45,029 nt of DNA from an uncultured Limnohabitans sp. (GTDB taxonomy: Bacteria; Pseudomonadota; Gammaproteobacteria; Burkholderiales; Burkholderiaceae_C), in contig CAYSIY010000001.1 of assembly GCA_964431215.1 (NCBI GenBank), positions 1 through 45,029 on the forward strand, written 5' to 3'. The position numbers and the translations under genes were made by a program. Shown one piece after another: positions 8,679 through 18,789 of this stretch (position 1 is the first letter of the stretch; each line of letters begins with the position of its first letter). Below the pieces are notes generated by a model, which saw only the letters and a list, made by a program, of their open reading frames with translations, was not told the origin of the DNA and did no database searches.

Positions 8679-10166
8679 TTATTTGATGTTGCCGACCAGC
8701 GTCGAGTTGGCAATCAATTCTTGTGCGATGCCCAGGACAGTCTTGTCTTTGAGGCATGCGTTCTGGCGGGCCATATAGTCAGTCCGTATCGTTTCTATGT
8801 TTGCGCGGATCTCCGGTGTAATTTCGTGGCTATGCCCGTACTCAACCGTGTTGGCTGCTTTGTAAATCGCCTCACCAAACCTGGCCGCAATGCAATCGAC
8901 AAGCCAAACGCCAAGGCGTTGGGCGATGCCGATGCGCGCTTCGGGATTGGATGTCCTCATGAGTAAAGGAACAAGCGGCAGGCCACTTTGCTTCATGAAT
9001 TGCACTTGCTCTGGCGTCCACTGCAGCTTGGCTCCCGAATTCACCCTTCCGACAATCGACGAGCTGCTGATCGGGTAGACCGTCGCAGACCCAAAGAGCA
9101 TTTTGTTCACCCACCCTTCGATTCCGTGATAATGAAAGTTTTCCTTCTGCATCTGAGTGCAAATCTGGGGATCGAAGCCTCCGTTGGGCACGCCCGATCC
9201 TTGAGGGTCCATGCAGCGATAAAGGGTCAACGGGGTAGATTCCCTGATGGAGCCCGTTCCCCCGCCTTTGACGAGCTGGTCAAGGTCGATGGTCTTCGGT
9301 CCTCGGCACGCGATTTTCGGGAGGTTGTTATTGCTTGCCGTTTGCGCCGTATCGAAGGCCCCTGACTCGTTTGCCGTCCGGCATGGCACGCCTGAGACTT
9401 CCCAGCCCAGGAAAGAAATGAGTAGGCGATTGTTCAGCGAGTTGGGGTCGGTGTCGGAGTCGGTACTGCCATCGAAGTTGATCAGACCAGCCAAGCCCAG
9501 AATGTTTGCAGCGCCTGATTTCATCAGGGCCTTGACCGTCTGGTTGCCGCTGACGGGGTTCACTTCGCCTTGCTTCTTGAAGTAGCTGTTTGCATCGGCC
9601 AGATAGCCCGTCAGCGAGGCCATGGCATCGCTGAACATGCCGCGTTGTGATACACCCACACTGCCGTCTCCATCGATCGCTTTCGAAATGCTCTTGGACG
9701 AGGGCTCTACGACGAGGTGCGCCAGTTGGCATGAATTTTTGGCCAAGTTGTTCATGTTCTGCATGAGCGTCTGGAATTCGCTCATGAGGGCATCGAGTGC
9801 AGGCGAAATGCTCTTGATCGCGGCCTTGAATGCAAGGCCTGCGGAGTTGGCGGCCACCTGGCGGAATATCTGGGTCAGCTGCGGGTGGTTGATAAAGCTG
9901 AATGAGCCGCCAAAGAGATCCACACCGCCACATCCAGCATTCAAACGCGGCGCGTCGAATGCGATGATGGTGACCGACTTCACGGGTGTTCGCATTGAAA
10001 ACCCGCCGCCGACGATGCCAACCCTATCACGGGTCTTGAGGGTGCTTGCGGCCGTTGAATTCGACATGAACATGCTGTTCATGTCTGCAAGAACGCTTGA
10101 TGAAGCTGAGGTGGTCGTAAGCGTCGCCGATAGAAAAAAGGCTGCTGATGCGCTAAAAATTTTCAT
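8679..10166 (-). CDS. traH: Conjugal transfer pilus assembly protein TraH
   Basis: Signal peptide; GGGFSMR...PRLNAGCGGVDLFGGSFSFIN signature; NSCQLA. Confidence 0.95.
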   Translation of the reverse strand: MKIFSASAAFFLSATLTTTSASSSVLADMNSMFMSNSTAASTLKTRDRVGIVGGGFSMRTPVKSVTIIAFDAPRLNAGCGGVDLFGGSFSFINHPQLTQIFRQVAANSAGLAFKAAIKSISPALDALMSEFQTLMQNMNNLAKNSCQLAHLVVEPSSKSISKAIDGDGSVGVSQRGMFSDAMASLTGYLADANSYFKKQGEVNPVSGNQTVKALMKSGAANILGLAGLINFDGSTDSDTDPNSLNNRLLISFLGWEVSGVPCRTANESGAFDTAQTASNNNLPKIACRGPKTIDLDQLVKGGGTGSIRESTPLTLYRCMDPQGSGVPNGGFDPQICTQMQKENFHYHGIEGWVNKMLFGSATVYPISSSSIVGRVNSGAKLQWTPEQVQFMKQSGLPLVPLLMRTSNPEARIGIAQRLGVWLVDCIAARFGEAIYKAANTVEYGHSHEITPEIRANIETIRTDYMARQNACLKDKTVLGIAQELIANSTLVGNIK

Positions 10167-10170
10167 GTCA

Positions 10171-11130
10171 TCACCTGTACTGCTTTTCAAGAATGGGCGA
10201 AACTCGGTCACGGAACGTTTCTGGGCGGTCGGCATCGAGCGTCAGCGCTTGCATGTCTGCGGTGCTTGCAACACCGCGCCGCCACACGTTGAGGTCTCTC
10301 ATAACGCCTACACTTAAAACCTCTCGGTTGTGACCTGCGAAAGCAATCAGCTTGACAAGTTCGTCTGCAGTGTAAAAGCCCTGGGAAACGATCAGGTAGG
10401 TGTTTGGGTCGGCGTCGCCCTGGTAAGCTTTGGGCTTGTGAACGTACACGATAGAGGGCGTGAGCTTCAGGCCAAGTTTTCGGAAAAGACCATTATCTTT
10501 TTGGACCGGCCCCTTAAAGTCCTTGGGTTTTCGACCGTCCAAAGACACCACGAGCGTCTCCATTCCAAAGTTGGCTCGCAGCATGGCTAGGATGGGCATT
10601 TGTAGAGCACAGAAACGACAAGAAGCATCAACGAAAACCATCAGCCCACCAGAGGTGGCCATCTCCTTGACTGCGTTTTGCTGAGCAAAATAATCAGCGT
10701 TGCGGATACTTTGGGCTCCTGTGGATGCGTATGGGATTCGATTGTTTTCGTTGAGCAAAGGATCTTTGGACACCACGGCCAGCCTGGCTTCTTCGTAGCG
10801 CTGGGCCTTGTCCATGAGAATGCGCTGCGCATACATTTCTGCCGCTACGTTTTCTTCCGTAGGGTTGTCGATCGCGCGGCGCTGCAGGGCGGGCAAATTC
10901 TTTGCGAGCCACTCTGCGGTGACTGGCTGTTCAGATTTCTCTTGCTGAGGCTGTTTTTTAGGCCCCGTTTGCTTGGGCTGCTGGGGCTTGGGTTGGCCCG
11001 GTTTCACATACGGCTTGTAGTTACTGAAGGCATCGCCATAGGCATCGTCCAGTCTAAGTGTCTTTTCCTGACCGTGTGATACCGTGCATGCCGCTGCGAC
11101 GAGCAAGAGCAGCCAGTATCTGCGGAACAT
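10171..11130 (-). CDS. traF: Conjugal transfer protein TraF (thioredoxin-like)
   Basis: RAIDNPTEENV...Y.QR..MDKA motif, CRFC, VSLDG, TPSI; lies between trhF and traH. Confidence 0.92.
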   Translation of the reverse strand: MFRRYWLLLLVAAACTVSHGQEKTLRLDDAYGDAFSNYKPYVKPGQPKPQQPKQTGPKKQPQQEKSEQPVTAEWLAKNLPALQRRAIDNPTEENVAAEMYAQRILMDKAQRYEEARLAVVSKDPLLNENNRIPYASTGAQSIRNADYFAQQNAVKEMATSGGLMVFVDASCRFCALQMPILAMLRANFGMETLVVSLDGRKPKDFKGPVQKDNGLFRKLGLKLTPSIVYVHKPKAYQGDADPNTYLIVSQGFYTADELVKLIAFAGHNREVLSVGVMRDLNVWRRGVASTADMQALTLDADRPETFRDRVSPILEKQYR

Positions 11131-11636
11131 CAGAAAATCTCCCAGGCTCGGCCAGACACGGAGGCAATAGGCAGGTATCCCCAATACCGAGAGTCATTGC
11201 TGCGAGGGTGCGTGCCCCTCATGAACACGAAACCTTGGGGGATGATTTCGTCGCGATGAAATTCCTCTGGCTTAACCTTGCTGGTGTTGAGCAGCGGCAT
11301 ACCCTCAGCCACGAGCTGGCCATTGATGTAGACGCGCTCATTTTCGACAAGGAGATGATCGCCGGGCACGCCAGCAACCTGCTTTAGCACATAGGGCTGT
11401 TTGACGTGGCCGAGCGCTACCTGAGGCTTCCAAAAAAGCAAGTCCCCGTGCTCGACGGTAGTGACGGATTTCTTGATCATCAATGCGGCATGCATGTCAG
11501 GCAAGCATTTGTCCTCGTGCGGGTCAATGCCCACCATGATCGGGGAATCCATCCAATAAAAATGCGCCATGAGAACGGCAACAAGTATCACGAGCCATGC
11601 TCCTCGCGCCCGCTTTTTCTCGCTTGTGGGATTCAT
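11130..11636 (-). CDS. trhF: S26-family pilin-processing peptidase (TrhF-like)
   Basis: LKQVAGVPGD and NDSRYWG motifs, N-terminal TM segment. Confidence 0.88.
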   Translation of the reverse strand: MNPTSEKKRARGAWLVILVAVLMAHFYWMDSPIMVGIDPHEDKCLPDMHAALMIKKSVTTVEHGDLLFWKPQVALGHVKQPYVLKQVAGVPGDHLLVENERVYINGQLVAEGMPLLNTSKVKPEEFHRDEIIPQGFVFMRGTHPRSNDSRYWGYLPIASVSGRAWEIF

Positions 11637-12007
11637 TTGCCCTGCTCCACGATTTTGGATACAGCCTTCTGCAGCTCTGGCGTGATGTCGCGCGCACCAT
11701 CGGGCAACGCGGCCACTGAAAAATTGCCGTTTTCATCTCTAGCCGTGTCCAGAACCACATACCCCTGCGCTTGGTATTTCGCGAGGACAGCCTTAAGTGG
11801 ATCGAGAACCTCTAGGATTACCTTCTCTCTGGGCAGGTCCTGCCTGTCCATCACGGCCTCCAGGATGACCCTGCTGCGCTCTGCGATCAAGACTTTGGGC
11901 GATGCGGGAGCGCTTTCTCTGCCTGCATAGAAAGCCAGCGCGAGCAAGATGATCAGAGCTGAGTACGGCAGAGAGCCTGCCGCCAAGATTTTGGCTGCCG
12001 CGTTCAA
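11633..12007 (-). CDS. trbI: TrbI-like F-type transfer protein
   Basis: Single TM segment, C-terminal GARDITPEL motif, directly after traC. Confidence 0.55.
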   Translation of the reverse strand: MNAAAKILAAGSLPYSALIILLALAFYAGRESAPASPKVLIAERSRVILEAVMDRQDLPREKVILEVLDPLKAVLAKYQAQGYVVLDTARDENGNFSVAALPDGARDITPELQKAVSKIVEQGK

Positions 12008-14577
12008 TTGATCACCTCCCTGAAAGTCTTGATCAAGTCCGTTTTTGTGAGGCTGGGGTTTTCGTGCTGGATCTGCTGAAGGACCATGCCGAGCAGGTCC
12101 TTGATGGACTCCTCTTTGGAGTTCATAACCCTCTTGACCGCATCAACTGCAGGGATACCCTGCTCCATCAGTTCGAAAACCTCGTCGCGCGCGTCTCCTT
12201 CTGACGAGTACAGCGTGCCCGTGAACTTGTCCACGTACAGCCTAACGACCTCGTAGGATCGAGAGTTGCTGATGAGGATTTCGCTAAATACTCCCTTGCG
12301 AGTCTCTACGCTGCGTACGAGCTTCTCAAAGTAGGCGTCACCCTTGGGAAGAATGTCTGTTTTGAAGAGGTCGGTGATTTCCGAGGGCTCTTGTTCGAGC
12401 ATCAGCTTCCAGGCCGAGGAATTGATGATCACCCTGCCCGCCTCGTTGTCGGCGAACTTCAACAATGACTGGATGATGGTCCAGATCGAGACGCCGTCTT
12501 TGCGCCCTTTTAGGAAGATTCCTTCCATCGCTTTTGCGGCAAGTTCGTCCTTGAAGAGATCGTGAGTTTCATCGATCAGAATCATCTTGCGTCCCTTGAT
12601 GCTCCTGATGCGGTTCATCAGCATGTTGAGCACAAAGAAGGTCACACATTTGCGCAGATGCTCATCCCCAGCGAGGCCTGCCATCTCAAAAACCGTGAAC
12701 TGTTTTTTAATGTCGATGGAGCCTGGGCCTTTGAAGAAAACGCCGCGCGTCGGCGAGGACAAAAAAGCCCTTAACCTGGGAACCAGGTTGATGGATGCTT
12801 GTTCGACCTCGGAGGCATCGGATTTGCCTACTGCGCTGCGGTTAATGGATTCGAGGGCATCGATGACGTGCGTAATCTCTGCGTCGCCCTGCTGCTGATT
12901 CCATGCGGAACGTACTGCCTCGCTCAGAGCAATGTTAGCTCCGGCTTGGGGCTTTTCGTTGCCAAATGCCATCAGCATTATCAAAGAAGTGATGCCCTCA
13001 AATTGCTGGTCGAATTCGTCATTTGTCAGGCCTGTAAAGGGGTTGAGCGAGGGGGTGTCCTGCGAATTGAGCATGAAGTCATTGAATTCACCACCCACTG
13101 CATAACAAAATTTCTTTGATGAGCGTCCGTTGTCAATCAAGAAAATATTTGTTCCTTCAGACAAAGCAAATTGCATCAGATACTGAAGCACGAAGGATTT
13201 CCCCTTACCCGGCGGTGCAACGATCGTTCCGTTGAAGTTACCGCTGGTTTGGAAAGGATCGAAAGTATAGACGGACCCTCTGCGAGCGATGAAAGGCACG
13301 CCGTGATGGGTGTCGTGGCGTGCATTACCAATGAAATCACCATAAACTGGGAGCAACATCCCTGCGGCCGAAGATCCCATGATGGCCTCGGCCTTAAGTT
13401 CTTCAGCAATTGACAGGCTGAAATTCAAAGGCAGTGCCTGGCACCATCGTACAAGGCCATCCGTGCGCACAAGGCGGGCATCAAATCCAAGCTTATCGAA
13501 GCTTGACTTCACCGTTATCGATGCCTCAAGAGCGTGGTCGTGATTCTTGGCAAAAAGGAAAGCAGTGGTGGTTACATAGACAAACTTGTCGCCGTCCGTG
13601 CTGCACAGTCGGCGCATATAATCAAGATCGTGCAATGTCTTTTCTGGGTCTTCGTTACCAAGCTTAAATGGCAGTGACTGGTTGTTTTGTCGTGATTTGA
13701 TGGCCGCCTGCAGGCGATCTTGTTCTTTCCGCTGGTTAGCTACGCGAATCGTGGTGGTGATGATGAAGGGGGTCATGATCCTTTGCCCCCCTCCTTCCTT
13801 CGTTGGACCGTGATTGAACGGGGCACCTGTCATTAGACTGGAAATTCCCTGGTAAGGGTTTTCCGGGTAGTCTTTGACTGTGACGCTTGCACAGTAATTT
13901 TCTCCAAAGCGTCCAATCTTTTCATCTCGGAAGTCGATCACCACATCGGGTCCGAAAACCTGATGCTTCCATTCAACCAGCTGATCGATTGCCTTACTGA
14001 TTGATGGTTCTGTTGGATTTGCATAGAGCCTGTATAAGCTGGCCAGCTCTTCTGCGGTCACTGTTTTTGCATCCCAGAAACCGCAGCCCTTGATGTCGGC
14101 GTGAAATTCAGCTTGAAACGCAAGCGCATCGGCAAATGCTTCAGGTTCCAGGCTCTTGGCGGGCGTCATCAGCGATAAAACAATAAAGCGCTTATTCAGG
14201 GGTGGAACATCCTGTTGCCAGCCAATGTTGAGAGCTGATTCAAAAAGACGGGCTTGCCGTGAGACCAGCTCTTGGACCATGGCTCCACCATAGATCTTCC
14301 CATGGCGAATGCGGCCAGGCGCATCGAAATCTGGGACTGAAAGTAAAGAGACCTGGACGATACTGCCGTCAGGACATGATTTGAACAGGTTGTGGATGAT
14401 GGCCGTGAATTCAGAACCGCCACCGACCAACGGAGAACACACGTAGGCGCGGCCTATATATGTTTTGTCCCCGGGGGCCTTTGTGATGATCAAATGGTCA
14501 TCACGCGTGTAAGTCTCGATATTAAGCAGACTTGAGGCTCGTTTTTTCTCAAGTTTTGTGGTCTGAACGCTGGCCAT
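12004..14577 (-). CDS. traC: VirB4-family ATPase TraC
   Basis: About 857 aa; Walker A APPGKGKSF, IDNGRS, LNPF, ILIDETH (Walker B), GRKDG. Confidence 0.95.
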   Translation of the reverse strand: MASVQTTKLEKKRASSLLNIETYTRDDHLIITKAPGDKTYIGRAYVCSPLVGGGSEFTAIIHNLFKSCPDGSIVQVSLLSVPDFDAPGRIRHGKIYGGAMVQELVSRQARLFESALNIGWQQDVPPLNKRFIVLSLMTPAKSLEPEAFADALAFQAEFHADIKGCGFWDAKTVTAEELASLYRLYANPTEPSISKAIDQLVEWKHQVFGPDVVIDFRDEKIGRFGENYCASVTVKDYPENPYQGISSLMTGAPFNHGPTKEGGGQRIMTPFIITTTIRVANQRKEQDRLQAAIKSRQNNQSLPFKLGNEDPEKTLHDLDYMRRLCSTDGDKFVYVTTTAFLFAKNHDHALEASITVKSSFDKLGFDARLVRTDGLVRWCQALPLNFSLSIAEELKAEAIMGSSAAGMLLPVYGDFIGNARHDTHHGVPFIARRGSVYTFDPFQTSGNFNGTIVAPPGKGKSFVLQYLMQFALSEGTNIFLIDNGRSSKKFCYAVGGEFNDFMLNSQDTPSLNPFTGLTNDEFDQQFEGITSLIMLMAFGNEKPQAGANIALSEAVRSAWNQQQGDAEITHVIDALESINRSAVGKSDASEVEQASINLVPRLRAFLSSPTRGVFFKGPGSIDIKKQFTVFEMAGLAGDEHLRKCVTFFVLNMLMNRIRSIKGRKMILIDETHDLFKDELAAKAMEGIFLKGRKDGVSIWTIIQSLLKFADNEAGRVIINSSAWKLMLEQEPSEITDLFKTDILPKGDAYFEKLVRSVETRKGVFSEILISNSRSYEVVRLYVDKFTGTLYSSEGDARDEVFELMEQGIPAVDAVKRVMNSKEESIKDLLGMVLQQIQHENPSLTKTDLIKTFREVIN

Positions 14578-14593
14578 CCTCACTCCTACTGCG

Positions 14594-14613
14594 GCAGCCG
14601 GTGGTCCGGCTGC
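14594..14613. other. Intergenic stem-loop between traA and traC
   Basis: GCAGCCGG-TGGT-CCGGCTGC perfect 8-bp stem; no U-tract in the traA direction. Confidence 0.5.
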
Positions 14614-14620
14614 TTTTCAT

Positions 14621-14995
14621 TTATTTCGCTTGCTTGATAAAAGCTGACGGGACGTGATCAATGCCTGCTGCCTCGCCGACGCTTGTAGCAACACCGCGAA
14701 CGACACCCGGGCCGATGAGTGCGACCGCAAGGACACCGAGGATCAGGCCAATCGTCCTGTAACCTCCTCCATGTGCCAGTTGCCAAACTGCGATGATCAA
14801 AACAACAAAGGCGAGCACGAGCACCCAGGTTGATGACAACATCCCTTGGAGGTAGGTGACAACAGAATCCCACGTAGACGCGGTAACAGCGGTTCCGCCG
14901 TTAAGGGCACCGAGGCTTACGAATCCCGCAAGCACTGCGGCAAAAAGCAAGAACATCATGCTGGAAGATTTTTGAGAATTGAGTTTCTGTTTCAT
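14621..14995 (-). CDS. traA: Conjugative pilin TraA (TrhA-like)
   Basis: 124 aa from ATG 14995 (RBS AAGGA): leader plus two hydrophobic helices; between traV and traC. Confidence 0.75.
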   Translation of the reverse strand: MKQKLNSQKSSSMMFLLFAAVLAGFVSLGALNGGTAVTASTWDSVVTYLQGMLSSTWVLVLAFVVLIIAVWQLAHGGGYRTIGLILGVLAVALIGPGVVRGVATSVGEAAGIDHVPSAFIKQAK

Positions 14996-15005
14996 GGTGG
15001 TTTCC

Positions 15006-15671
15006 TTAGTTGGGAAGGGGTCTAGATCCTGGAACGGCTGGATCAGATGCCGATTCACGCCCGGAGCTGGGATTGATTCCGGGCTGTGTGAATTCAAGTG
15101 TCGGCGATTCGGTGCCGACCTGAGGTGCCTGAGTGATGGGGGTAATGCTTCCCTCTTCCTTTAGGGGTCGGCGTGGGTACGGTGCGTCAACGCCAGCCTG
15201 AATAGTGGGCGTGGGAAAGCCAGCCCACCGTGTGGGTTTGATTTCTCTATAAACAACCGTGTCTTCTGTCAGAACATCTCGACCATCGACGTGCCTTTTG
15301 ATCCAAACCCTCTGCACAACGGGGCCCTCTCTCACCGGCTGTCCGGCTAAAGATGCATCGTTTCTGACTTGATGAGGCAAGACTGAAATTGGCTTATTTC
15401 CACTGCTCAGTCCGGGGTTCTTCTGGCCGTCTGGTGAAATACCGGTGAGCCTGTCCATATCCGCTATGCTGAAAGCTTGGTCGTAGCGACTCGCCGGCAA
15501 TGGGGCGTCGGTGGCTTGATCAACAGCCCTAAAGCTTCGGCAATGCGGAGATTTAGCATCTTGCCGTCTGTTGCAATCGAACTTCGCTTCGCCTACGGGG
15601 TTCATTCGTGCAGCACACCCGGTAAGCACAAGCGCGACTGCTATCAACGAGGCGTATTTGATTTGCTTCAC
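15006..15671 (-). CDS. traV: Lipoprotein TraV
   Basis: Lipobox LTGC, conserved Cys pair (FDC...HC), PVREGPVVQRVWI...D motif. Confidence 0.88.
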   Translation of the reverse strand: MKQIKYASLIAVALVLTGCAARMNPVGEAKFDCNRRQDAKSPHCRSFRAVDQATDAPLPASRYDQAFSIADMDRLTGISPDGQKNPGLSSGNKPISVLPHQVRNDASLAGQPVREGPVVQRVWIKRHVDGRDVLTEDTVVYREIKPTRWAGFPTPTIQAGVDAPYPRRPLKEEGSITPITQAPQVGTESPTLEFTQPGINPSSGRESASDPAVPGSRPLPN

Positions 15672-16906
15672 CGTGTAGCTCCTTTTGATTTTTTCTTCAG
15701 GACAAGCGACTCTCTAAGAATCCACGTAATCCGCGTCGTGGCGGGGATCTCGATGACAGGGAAGGTCTCTCGGGCGAATTCCAGATAAAAACGACTGAGC
15801 TGCGAAGCTGCATTCGAGACGCCTTGCCCTACTGCTGTTCGTGCGACCATAGAAGGATCTGGTGTCTGGTACTGAGTCGACCCCCCCCCCGCGATGTTGT
15901 TGAACCCTGGAATCGCGGTTGGCGCGAGAGCCGTCCCTAGGCCGGCCGCAATTCCAGTGAGAAAAGCTTGCGCGAGAATGGCACCTTGCTTGCTTACAAC
16001 TTTGCCGGAAAGGCCCTGGATGCCATCAACATCCACTCCAAAGGCTTTGACGGGACCTTCAAACACATCTCCATTAGGGGCAATACAGCTGAGCGTATCG
16101 GAAATCGCATAAGCTCTTTCAGCAGAGAGAACGGCGATGGCCGAACCCCCAAGAAAACAGTCACCGAGGTCCGCCAATTTCCAACCATTCGGCAAGACAG
16201 CATCTCCTTTGAGCTTTGTGACAAATGGTGCACCAACATTATTTGCAGAGGTACTGCTGCCTACGGCGCCTGATGTTGCGCCAGAAGGACGCGCATTAAC
16301 CCCGGTCAATAGAACACCCTCTAGCCCGGAATTGACTGGAATAACCAGATCGGGAAGAGCCTCACTGGTCTTCTCAGAAGCTTTTTCTGAATTCCACGTC
16401 CTCATGGATGGCGGAGGCGGCGGCATCGGCGGTGTTTGCTGCTCCCTTGCTTCTGAAATGCGGTTTCTTGAAGCAGAAGTCGCTGGAGGATCATCCAGTG
16501 CTGCGAGGTTAAAGCCTCCGGCACCAGCACGCGTGTCTATAGGTGCAGACAGATCGACTGATTGCGTGGGCGTGACTTGCGTACTGGTTGAGGCTGCTAT
16601 CGTAGGGATTGCGGCCTTGGCCGCTTGCAGCTCTTGGCGCAGCTGTTCGACCTGCGTGGCTAAGTCTTCAAGTCCTTGGTTGCGCGGGCTTGTGGGCAAG
16701 ACTGAAAAATTTACAGGGTCGCCGGGTGACTTCCTTGCGTCAGCGTCCAATTTTTCAATTCGCCGCTTTTCTGCTGCTTCATTCGCGATGGCATTTTTTT
16801 GGTGCTGAAAGAAAATAAAGACTGGGCCGAGTATGAGCGTACAGATGAGGATGGTCCTCCATTTCGGGTCCATCTCCGCCCACTTTTGCTTGAATTCGTC
16901 GATCAT
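15668..16906 (-). CDS. traB: TraB (VirB10-like)
   Basis: TM, coiled coil and Pro-rich linker, then LLTGVNA, LPNG...CF.GG, SAERAY...LSC, DGIQGLSGKVVSKQG, FPVIEI. Confidence 0.93.
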   Translation of the reverse strand: MIDEFKQKWAEMDPKWRTILICTLILGPVFIFFQHQKNAIANEAAEKRRIEKLDADARKSPGDPVNFSVLPTSPRNQGLEDLATQVEQLRQELQAAKAAIPTIAASTSTQVTPTQSVDLSAPIDTRAGAGGFNLAALDDPPATSASRNRISEAREQQTPPMPPPPPSMRTWNSEKASEKTSEALPDLVIPVNSGLEGVLLTGVNARPSGATSGAVGSSTSANNVGAPFVTKLKGDAVLPNGWKLADLGDCFLGGSAIAVLSAERAYAISDTLSCIAPNGDVFEGPVKAFGVDVDGIQGLSGKVVSKQGAILAQAFLTGIAAGLGTALAPTAIPGFNNIAGGGSTQYQTPDPSMVARTAVGQGVSNAASQLSRFYLEFARETFPVIEIPATTRITWILRESLVLKKKSKGATR

Positions 16907-17838
16907 GGCTTCTCCTTGCGCTCTTTGCGTGCCAAGACCATTACACGCGTTTTGTCTCCAGCCTTGAGAGTGGGCGAAGGATGTATAGAGACCGCCTGGA
17001 CTAAATCTCCGTCGAATTCTTTCTCCTTGAGTACAGCAATTCCAGGTCCGGGGTTCGTCACCATATAAATGAATATGTCGTTATCTCGGCTGCTAAGCTT
17101 CTTTTCTACTTCAACAAGCAGACCGTTAAAAATTATTGGCGGGATCTGGAGTTCGACAAGTGAATAGCCTTGTGGTGCAGCGCCTTGTGCGACCGTTTCT
17201 AATAAGGCCTGCGTTTGCGTGATGAATTCGCTCGATCGCTGCGCCTTCACCTGACTTTCTGAGATTTCAGGGGCAACATCATCGATGATTAAGGTTTGGC
17301 TAATGATTCCCTTTGGGATGAGTTGCAGCGACAGTACTGGTCCACGACCTGCAGGGTGTTCGATGAAAATCGGTATGGGCTTATCCCTTGCACAGTCGGC
17401 CTTAAGCGCAATATAGACGTTATTGCTTTCAACCCGCCGATCAACATCAACACAGTTCAAGCTGATCACGCGTGGGTTCGTGAAAGGCAGCTGAATGCGG
17501 TTCGGCTCGGTGCTTGAAATGTAGGTGGGCACCGCGCCGCCATTGTTCATTTGAATCCGGCGTGCGCGACTAAAATCCAGGGCCTGCGCATCTTCACCAG
17601 TTAGCATCATCACACCCGGGAGGTTGATTTCTTTGCGTGCGGTTTTTCGGACTGCAAGCTCTGGACGGACTTCTACAATCAGGGGGGTTTTTGGCTTGGG
17701 TGCTGCTGTCGGGGATGTCGATGGACCTGGGCTTGCCGCATCTCTCCACCGAGGAGGGCGAGTTTCGTCTCCGTCAGCATAGACGGCCGCGCCTGTTGCG
17801 CCAAGCGCGATAAGAAGGAGTGTTCTTAGGATTTTCAT
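16903..17838 (-). CDS. traK: TraK
   Basis: Signal peptide, ISSTEPNRIQLPF and LQLIPKGI motifs; between traE and traB. Confidence 0.88.
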   Translation of the reverse strand: MKILRTLLLIALGATGAAVYADGDETRPPRWRDAASPGPSTSPTAAPKPKTPLIVEVRPELAVRKTARKEINLPGVMMLTGEDAQALDFSRARRIQMNNGGAVPTYISSTEPNRIQLPFTNPRVISLNCVDVDRRVESNNVYIALKADCARDKPIPIFIEHPAGRGPVLSLQLIPKGIISQTLIIDDVAPEISESQVKAQRSSEFITQTQALLETVAQGAAPQGYSLVELQIPPIIFNGLLVEVEKKLSSRDNDIFIYMVTNPGPGIAVLKEKEFDGDLVQAVSIHPSPTLKAGDKTRVMVLARKERKEKP

Positions 17839-18434
17839 TGCTTAGTGTTAGCCTTCAGCCATTCAGAGTTGCGGGCCACCGCGCCCTTGTAGGACTTGGC
17901 ATCGGTGATCCAGACACGGTAGTTTTCTACCTTTATCTGAAACTCGAAAACGTGGTCTTCGTAGGTGTCCTTCGCAGCATTCACAACATGCAGCTCACCC
18001 ACGACGAAATGCTTGTCTAGGGCCGGGTCGTATTCGTAGCGCTTGCTGATGAAATAACGTGATCCGGACTCCCGCTCGATTTTCATCTTCTCAACCAAGA
18101 AATCAATCTCTTGATTAATCTTTGTGTATGCTTCGGGTGCAAAATACATTTGCAAAAACCGCTTTTGATACTCGGCATTTGCTGGTGTGATTGAAGCAAG
18201 ATTGGTCGTAACTGCCATCAATGTTGCAGCTTGCGAGGCCTTATCGAAACTTTCCTTCTGGATAACGGCCTGATTCGGCAACCCAGGAGTATTGATGAGG
18301 ACTATCTCAGACTGGAAGAAGAGCTTTCCGGCCACGAGTAACAAAGCAGCACTAACTGCGGCAAGCGCAAAGGTCAGCCTTTTATTGTTGGTTTTTAACT
18401 CCGAAACTGACTCATTGCGATTCGCGAGATCCAT
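17835..18434 (-). CDS. traE: TraE
   Basis: N-terminal TM segment, NLASITPANA motif; between traL and traK. Confidence 0.85.
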   Translation of the reverse strand: MDLANRNESVSELKTNNKRLTFALAAVSAALLLVAGKLFFQSEIVLINTPGLPNQAVIQKESFDKASQAATLMAVTTNLASITPANAEYQKRFLQMYFAPEAYTKINQEIDFLVEKMKIERESGSRYFISKRYEYDPALDKHFVVGELHVVNAAKDTYEDHVFEFQIKVENYRVWITDAKSYKGAVARNSEWLKANTKQ

Positions 18435-18789
18435 CGCTCAACTCCTTAATGAATTTACTGTATGTCGCAATTTGCGTTGGGTTGTTATCGCCTACAAAGA
18501 CAACCTTCTGACTAGAGAGAGTCTTGCTATAACCCGATAGTCCAACCCGAAATAACGCTCGCTTAACAATTCCTCGCGGGTACCTGGACTGCCATTCGAT
18601 GAATAGCCTGTTGCAGAAATAGCCAAGCAACGGAATTCCGATGTATCCGAAATTCCCGGCCTGCAGGACGCTACCAGCGAAGATTCCTATGAATACGGAG
18701 CAAATCACAATGACTGCGTCTTTCAGCTCAACCCCCAAGAAAGCTACGCCTGCGCCTGCGCGTTTTGGGATGTACGCCTGCTCGCTCAT
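18412..18789 (-). CDS. traL: TraL
   Basis: YIPKR... start, two TM segments, YPRG...LFRVG; directly before traE. Confidence 0.75.
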   Translation of the reverse strand: MSEQAYIPKRAGAGVAFLGVELKDAVIVICSVFIGIFAGSVLQAGNFGYIGIPLLGYFCNRLFIEWQSRYPRGIVKRALFRVGLSGYSKTLSSQKVVFVGDNNPTQIATYSKFIKELSDGSRESQ

